Origin: an uncultured Verrucomicrobia subdivision 3 bacterium
GTDB taxonomy: Bacteria; Verrucomicrobiota; Verrucomicrobiia; Limisphaerales; UBA11358
Assembly (NCBI GenBank): GCA_903827955.1
Contig: CAIKKJ010000075.1
Coordinates: forward strand, 5,147 to 69,146
DNA: 64,000 bases
Reading direction: 5' to 3'
A program made the position numbers and the translations under genes. This document shows positions 57,974 to 64,000 of this stretch, one piece after another. A model generated the notes under the pieces. It did no database searches and had not been told where the DNA came from. It saw nothing but the letters and a program-made list of their open reading frames with translations. The stretch's first letter is position 1. Each line of letters starts with the position of its first letter.

Positions 57974-58945
57974 GTCGGGCTTGATCTTCGGATCGCGCGG
58001 ATTTTTTTTCTGCGCGGCGATACCGTCGCGCACGCCGCGTAAATCTTCACGAAAGACGCGGGCGAGTTCCTTTTTCCCAGTGAGCGAGTATTGCGCAATC
58101 TTGATGTAGAGTTGCACGAAACGGCCGACCTTCATGCAAAACATCAGCGGGTTGCCGGAGTTTTCGTGCATGAGCGCCGCGCCACCAAAGCTGTAGGCGT
58201 AACGGGTTTTAAATACATCCTCGGTGGTCATGCGGTGATGATTGTGCCGCACCACGGCGCGCGGTTCGTAAATCAGGCAATGGCCGGAACGCAGCACGCG
58301 ATAATTGATGTCAATGTCTTCGCCGCTGCGCAACGGCGCGCCGGCACCAAGGCGGTTGTCGAAACCGCCGAGCTGGTCGAGTGCGAGCTTACGGAACGAC
58401 ATGCTGCTGCCGTGGCCGACATTCCACGGTGCCATGCCTTTTCCCTTCAGATGCTTGGCGAAAACTTTCAGGACATTCCGCAAAACTAGGCCAATGCTGA
58501 AACGCACTTCGTCCGGCATGAATTCGCGGCGCACTTCGCCCAGATCCTGCCCGGCGACTTCCTCAAACAAATCGGCGGCGGTTTCATTGCGATGCGGCAC
58601 GACCCGGCCGGAGCAGCCCCAGACTTCGGGACGGGAATAATTTTCGACGAGTAACGAAAGCCAGTTGGTCGCGGGCAGGCAGTCGTCATCGGTGAAGGCG
58701 ATGATTTCGCCGGTGCAATGCGGCAGTCCGGAATTGCGGGCGAGCGACTGGCCGAGGCGCGGTTCGACAATGTATTTGGCGCGGAACTGCTCCGCAATTT
58801 TCGCGGATTTTTCTTTTTCCTCGCCATTGCTACTGTCCACGATGACGACTTCAAAATCGGGATAATCCTGTTTGGACAACGCCGCCAGCACTTCGGCCAG
58901 ATAGCCGGAATGGTTACGGGTGATGACGATGACGGAGGCGCGCAT
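57968..58945 (-). CDS. Family 2 glycosyltransferase
   Basis: SVIV.TRN, IVDS, ARN.G, FTDDDC, GGFD, GED. Confidence 0.9.
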   Translation of the reverse strand: MRASVIVITRNHSGYLAEVLAALSKQDYPDFEVVIVDSSNGEEKEKSAKIAEQFRAKYIVEPRLGQSLARNSGLPHCTGEIIAFTDDDCLPATNWLSLLVENYSRPEVWGCSGRVVPHRNETAADLFEEVAGQDLGEVRREFMPDEVRFSIGLVLRNVLKVFAKHLKGKGMAPWNVGHGSSMSFRKLALDQLGGFDNRLGAGAPLRSGEDIDINYRVLRSGHCLIYEPRAVVRHNHHRMTTEDVFKTRYAYSFGGAALMHENSGNPLMFCMKVGRFVQLYIKIAQYSLTGKKELARVFREDLRGVRDGIAAQKKNPRDPKIKPDL

Positions 58946-58949
58946 CGGT

Positions 58950-59981
58950 TCAGACCTGACGTTTTTCAAACTTGGATTCCAGCAGGCCAACCTTGTCGCG
59001 GTGGACGGCGAAAATATTCATCGCCGTGTGCAGCAGCAAACGCTGGGCGGGCTGAAAAGGCACGAGCGCGAGCGTTTCCTTTGGCTGCGGGTGCGGGTCA
59101 AATTCATCGCCCACGAGACAAGGGCCGCCGGCCTGACGCAACCACGCGGCGTGGTAAAAAACGTAGCCCAGTTCTTCGAGCAACTGGATGGGCCGCATGA
59201 TTTGGGCGAGGTCTTCGGTGTCGCGTTTATTTTCAAACGCAATCATCGGTTGGTGCTTGGCGATAGTTTTCTTGCCGCCGAGGAAGACTTCGCTTTCATT
59301 GCCTTCGACATCCACCTTCATCACGTCGGGCGGCGGGCCGTCGAACTGGTCGAGCATGGAAGTTTTGATGCCGCCGACGCCGCGATTTTCTTTGGTCACC
59401 GTGGCACAGCCGCTGTGAATTGAATCCGGCAGGAACATCGAAGCCGTGCCCGCTTCTGCCATCAGCGCAAAATCATGAAGCTGGATGCGGTCGCCTAAAC
59501 CGGCTTGTTGCACCATGCTAGCAATGTCCTGATGCGTGGTGGGGAAAGGTTCAAACGCGTGAATCTTTCCCTGAAAGCCGGGCCGCGTCGCGGCCATGAG
59601 TGAAAACCAACCCCAGTTGCTGCCGATGTCGTAGAACACGCCGTTGTCCGGGATGACGAGATCGAAGAGCGAAGCGACCTGCGGTTCATAGCCCATCACG
59701 TATTGCTTGAAATAGAGGATGGCGTAGGTCGCGTTTTTGGTGTTGTAGGAAATATGTTTCCGCTGGCCGTTGACGGTCAGGTAAAACGAGCCCTTCATCG
59801 TGAACGGGGAAAATTTCCGGTAGAGCAAAAACGTGAGCAGGTTGTGAGCGCCATACAATCCTTGCTTGCCCTGCGTGCTCCAGCGGTCGAACGGATAGCG
59901 GTAGCAGCGCACAATCCACGGCAGATGGTCGAGTTCAAACGGGTTTCGGCGCGTGATTTCGCGGCACAGGATTTCTTTCAT
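58950..59981 (-). CDS. FkbM family methyltransferase
   Basis: YDIGSNWG, AFEP, KVDVEG.E. Confidence 0.88.
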   Translation of the reverse strand: MKEILCREITRRNPFELDHLPWIVRCYRYPFDRWSTQGKQGLYGAHNLLTFLLYRKFSPFTMKGSFYLTVNGQRKHISYNTKNATYAILYFKQYVMGYEPQVASLFDLVIPDNGVFYDIGSNWGWFSLMAATRPGFQGKIHAFEPFPTTHQDIASMVQQAGLGDRIQLHDFALMAEAGTASMFLPDSIHSGCATVTKENRGVGGIKTSMLDQFDGPPPDVMKVDVEGNESEVFLGGKKTIAKHQPMIAFENKRDTEDLAQIMRPIQLLEELGYVFYHAAWLRQAGGPCLVGDEFDPHPQPKETLALVPFQPAQRLLLHTAMNIFAVHRDKVGLLESKFEKRQV

Positions 59982-60069
59982 CGCGTTGAGGCTATTGAGA
60001 AGTCATCGACGGGCAAGCATTTTTACGCGCTGCCCGCCGCGAAGTTGTTTTTAAAAATCCGGCCTGCGC

Positions 60070-62754
60070 CTATTTTTTTTGCGTCGCCAAAAAGAGTCCA
60101 GCCGCCAGCAACCCCGCCAGCCCGATCGCCACCAGAGTGATGTAAAGCGGCTTGCTGGGCAGGCTGTAATAAAATTCCACCGTGTGCTGGCCGGGCGCAA
60201 GTTGCACGCCGCGCATGAGGAAGTTGCAGCGCAGTAATTCGGCCGACTGTCCGTCCACGGACACGCGCCAACCGGGGTCGAACTTGTCGTTCAGCAGCAG
60301 CACAGCGGGCGCAGCGGCGTTCGCAGTGAAGGTGATGCGCTTCGTCGAATAATTTTTAAACACCACTGTGCCGGGGCTGCTATCGTTCGTTGAACTGGCG
60401 GGCAGATTTTTTGACGGCGTGGAAACGAGCACGGTTTTGGCCGGATCAAAATTCAAGTCGGCGAGCATTTTCAGATTGGCCGCGTCGTTGGTGCTGACCT
60501 GCCAGCTGGAAAATAATTTTGCGCGCGGCAGGGCGCCGGTGAATTCAAACAGCGCGTATCGGCCGTTGTCATTCAGCGTAGCAGTGAGTTCTTCCAATCG
60601 TTGCGGTTGGAGCACGCCGGGCTTGGGCACGATTTCAAAACGCTGGGCGATGCGGAAGCGGTGTTGCACCGGATCAAGCTGCTGGTTCATCACTTCCAGA
60701 TAGCCGGCGGGACCGAGCAGATAGCAAGTATTGGACAATTCCCAGCGGCGCGCCATCAACGGAGCGGATTCTGCCGTGCCGCGCGGTGATAATGCTTCAA
60801 GATACATCTTCAAATCCTCCGCCATGCGCGGCATCTGGATGATGTCGAGGCACTGGATGTTGTAATACGGAAAATGATGCTGCATCCATTCGATGCGATA
60901 AACCTGGTCGAGCAACTCCATGCCTTCCGGCGCGCGAAACGGCAGACCGGCCACGCGTTGTTCCCACGGATTTTTGGTGAGCTGCGCCACGATGGGATTG
61001 AGTGTGCCGACTTCGTATTTCTGTTTGTAATCCCAATGGATGACATACGGCAGATTGGCGCGGCCTAAATCAAACAGTAAAAATCCGCCGAGACAAATCG
61101 TGCCCAACCGCGCGCGCGAACCGCGAAAACCGCCCGCCAGCAATTGCGTGAACAAAACCAGCGCCACCGCCAGCAGCACCACAAACCAGCCGGCCTGCGC
61201 GATGCTGAAACCGGCAATCTGCCCGGCCATGTCTTCACCCGGAAATCCGCGCTTTTGCAGCCACGCCACAAACGCCGCACGCTGGCTGGAAAAAATCATC
61301 CAGCCAAGGACGCTGGCGGCGAGCGCCGCACCACTGGCAAACACCCAGCGCCGGTCAAATTTATTGGCGCGCGTCCACCAGGCATTGAAAGTTCCCGCCG
61401 GGGTAGCGGCGTCCAGTTGCCGGCTCAAGGCCTGCAGGCCATACGCAAACAACACCAGCAGCGCCCAACAGAAAAAAATGATAAACTTGCACGGGTTACG
61501 GATGGTGGAAAAATACGGCAGCTGATACAGCGCGCCATAAAACATTGGCGCAAAACGTCCCCACGATAACAGCAGCGAACCGACCAGCACCACAATCCAG
61601 AACCAGATAATTTTTTTCTGCGATGAGTTGAACGGCGAGTTTTCGCGCCGGAAAGATTGAACCACCGTCCACAACGCAACCAGCATCACCAGCACGCCGC
61701 AATAATCACCGCCGCCAGTGAACCGCATGAATGACGAAGCCGGCGGCGCACCCTGTTCGCCGCTGTCGTAATAGCGATCCAACACCGGATCACGGCCTAC
61801 GCCACCCCAATAGTTGCCGCCGTCATAAAATTTTGCGACTGCCGGCATCATGTCTTTCGGCGTATCCATTTTGTAGCCGAACAGTCCGGGCACGATGAGC
61901 CCAAGCGTTTCTGTCTTGGGCAGGCTCCATTGCGTGGCCCAGTCCCAATGCGCGGCCTTGGTTTCCGAATCTTGCGCCGTGCCGGCCACGCCGGTGATGG
62001 AATTACCCACGAGTGCCAGCACCGTTTGCAACGCCATGAAGCCGGCGAAAACAGCGATGACCGCAACGTGGCTGATGCCACGGAAAATTCTGATTGGCAT
62101 GGTGCCATCGGCTTCGACCAGTGATTTGAAGAAAATAAAACCCGCCACCAGCACACTGCATAACGCGCCGACATCAGCACCTTCAACCACATTCATGCCC
62201 ACGCAAAAACCGGCCAAGACGAGTCGCAAGCAGAAAATTTTCCACGGGGTTTCCTTAGTGTTGGCGATAGCCAGCGCGAGCGCAAAAAAATTCATGCCAA
62301 TGGCAATTTCCACCGAGGCAATTCCCCAGCAGGCACCTGCAAAAAACGTAGAATTCAGCACAGCGGCCAACATTCCCATGGTCGCGGCGAAACTGGTAAA
62401 TTTGAGTGCGCGCAAAAATGCCCACACACCCAATCCCAGCACAAACAAGGAAACGGGCGCGTAAAATTTGGAATAGCCGACCGGGCCTATAGACCAATAA
62501 AGCAGAGCACGAATGCTAGGCGTATACGTTCCGACGGCAAAACCGACATCGTTTAAGTCATCCCACATTCCGGTCAGCGCCCCCGGCATCTGTTGCCAAT
62601 TGACATTTTGCTGACCGAGCGGACCGTCGTTGGAAAAATGAACATAACCCGGTAAAAAACTGCGCCAAAACAACAGGCCGATAACGGCCATTAATAACAA
62701 CGGGGCAAAAAAACGAGCCTGATAACGCGGCAACAGTGAAGGTGTATTTTTCAT
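60070..62754 (-). CDS. YfhO-like polytopic membrane protein (GT-C like)
   Basis: Many TMs; C-terminal LPRA and 'D..DPGW...VDG.......N.LMRGV....G.H.VEF.Y'. Confidence 0.8.
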   Translation of the reverse strand: MKNTPSLLPRYQARFFAPLLLMAVIGLLFWRSFLPGYVHFSNDGPLGQQNVNWQQMPGALTGMWDDLNDVGFAVGTYTPSIRALLYWSIGPVGYSKFYAPVSLFVLGLGVWAFLRALKFTSFAATMGMLAAVLNSTFFAGACWGIASVEIAIGMNFFALALAIANTKETPWKIFCLRLVLAGFCVGMNVVEGADVGALCSVLVAGFIFFKSLVEADGTMPIRIFRGISHVAVIAVFAGFMALQTVLALVGNSITGVAGTAQDSETKAAHWDWATQWSLPKTETLGLIVPGLFGYKMDTPKDMMPAVAKFYDGGNYWGGVGRDPVLDRYYDSGEQGAPPASSFMRFTGGGDYCGVLVMLVALWTVVQSFRRENSPFNSSQKKIIWFWIVVLVGSLLLSWGRFAPMFYGALYQLPYFSTIRNPCKFIIFFCWALLVLFAYGLQALSRQLDAATPAGTFNAWWTRANKFDRRWVFASGAALAASVLGWMIFSSQRAAFVAWLQKRGFPGEDMAGQIAGFSIAQAGWFVVLLAVALVLFTQLLAGGFRGSRARLGTICLGGFLLFDLGRANLPYVIHWDYKQKYEVGTLNPIVAQLTKNPWEQRVAGLPFRAPEGMELLDQVYRIEWMQHHFPYYNIQCLDIIQMPRMAEDLKMYLEALSPRGTAESAPLMARRWELSNTCYLLGPAGYLEVMNQQLDPVQHRFRIAQRFEIVPKPGVLQPQRLEELTATLNDNGRYALFEFTGALPRAKLFSSWQVSTNDAANLKMLADLNFDPAKTVLVSTPSKNLPASSTNDSSPGTVVFKNYSTKRITFTANAAAPAVLLLNDKFDPGWRVSVDGQSAELLRCNFLMRGVQLAPGQHTVEFYYSLPSKPLYITLVAIGLAGLLAAGLFLATQKK

Positions 62755-62928
62755 TTAGTTACGAGCCAATTGACATTCGGCGGCAGGGTTTGTTCAACCG
62801 CGAGCGAACGTTCAGTCTTGGCGCAGACCGGGCGACTGTCAAGAATGTCTCTCGCCCGCAGAGAAAACCAGTGCTTTTGGCCGCGGTGCAGATTAACATC
62901 AACGCCCATAGGGTTTACGTTCTGATTC

Positions 62929-63999
62929 ATGAAAAATATTGTCATGCTGCAGGGGATGGGTAACAACGAGCGCGGTTGGGCGCGGCTCGTCTCCAAGTTC
63001 GGGCGCGTGACGCTGATCCAGCAGGGCCTGATTCAGCATGTCGAGGTTTGGGAGAATGAAACAAAGATTTTCGACGGTCCGGAAACCAGCGTTAAGAGCA
63101 CCCGACAGTTGGATGAAGCCACATTTTCTTCACTGACCATTTTTCGTTCTATTGCGCGTTGCGTGGAAAATGCCAAGGATGGAAAGATTGATGCGTTGAT
63201 TGCAGCCAATTACAGCGGCGGGCTGGCGGCGTTGGTTTTGCGATGGTTTGGGCGCACGAAGAAGATTGTGTTGACGGTTTCAGATTTTCTGCCACCGCGC
63301 GGTTCGCTGGCCGTGCGGCTGCATCGGCGGATTACTGCGGCTTTAACCCGTTTCGTGGCGCGGCGGGTGGACGAGGTTTGGACGGTTTCGCCCCGGATTC
63401 CAACGGCGTTGGTCAACCCTAATAATTACGTTTTCCCGATTTGCTTGGATGACAATCAAGTGTCGGCCGGCACACGAAATGAAATCGGATACATCGGATT
63501 CCCCTCGCCCGACCACGCGCTTGAAATTCTGTTTGAAATTGCCCGGCGGCATGACCTGCGCCTCAACATTATCGGCCAGTCACCGTATCTGGAATCCATC
63601 AAACATCTGGCACCGCCGACAACCGTTTTTCATGGAACCTTGAGCGACCCAAAAAAGGTGAACGCCATCTTGTCCCGCTGCTTTTGCGGCTACGCGATTT
63701 ATCGCAACACCGGCCCGCAGAGTTACAGCTACTACGGAATTCCGTCCAAAACATTTTATTATTTTGCCAGCAACACGCCGGTGGTGACGACTAACACGGC
63801 GCATTTCAGCCCGCGCATCGAAGAATTTGGCGTCGGCCGCGTCGTCGAGCCAACGTCGACAGAAATTGAACAGGCAATTTTGCAGATACAAGCGGAGTTT
63901 TCCAAATTTTACAAGGCGATTGGCAGTTTTAGAACTGCCTGGAACGTTGACGCGGAAAATTTTCATCGAGAACGGTTCGTTAAACTGGGGGTGTTGTAA
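62929..63999 (+). CDS. Putative GT-B (GT4-like) glycosyltransferase
   Basis: D.VWTVS, YIG, FHG, PSK...Y.A...PVVTT. Confidence 0.65.
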   Translation: MKNIVMLQGMGNNERGWARLVSKFGRVTLIQQGLIQHVEVWENETKIFDGPETSVKSTRQLDEATFSSLTIFRSIARCVENAKDGKIDALIAANYSGGLAALVLRWFGRTKKIVLTVSDFLPPRGSLAVRLHRRITAALTRFVARRVDEVWTVSPRIPTALVNPNNYVFPICLDDNQVSAGTRNEIGYIGFPSPDHALEILFEIARRHDLRLNIIGQSPYLESIKHLAPPTTVFHGTLSDPKKVNAILSRCFCGYAIYRNTGPQSYSYYGIPSKTFYYFASNTPVVTTNTAHFSPRIEEFGVGRVVEPTSTEIEQAILQIQAEFSKFYKAIGSFRTAWNVDAENFHRERFVKLGVL

Positions 64000-64000
64000 T

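Overview
A 64 kb, fairly GC-rich bacterial chromosomal segment, most likely Verrucomicrobiota (Pedosphaera/Limisphaera-like). This assignment is an inference from gene content and protein style. About 50 genes are visible: a large Calx-beta/LamG surface protein, hopanoid genes (hpnH, hpnJ, a distant hpnK-like gene), a Fur/PerR-sufB-sufC unit, lipid A/LPS genes (lpxK, lpxL-like, waaF), a GntR(YtrA)-ABC exporter, cysE, a rhamnose/pectin-sugar catabolic cluster interrupted by clpS-DUF2017-aat, pgm/rpe, a hybrid histidine kinase, rpsT, aspS, leuS, an SNF2 ATPase, asd, tonB/exbB/exbD and several glycosyltransferases. No rRNA, tRNA, CRISPR array, transposase or prophage was seen. The most unusual signals are: (1) three families of small palindromic or periodic DNA elements (a REP-like element with 26-bp arms, 7-bp-period arms, ~9-bp-period arms), two of which sit in frame inside housekeeping genes (leuS, pgm, waaF, spmAB, an ABC permease); (2) an AT-rich, loop-expanded editing domain inside leuS; (3) a strong Thr-Asn dipeptide excess in exported proteins, plus a shared C-terminal domain in two secreted proteins, hinting at an undescribed protein modification or sorting system. 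All calls were made by eye, with no database searches.
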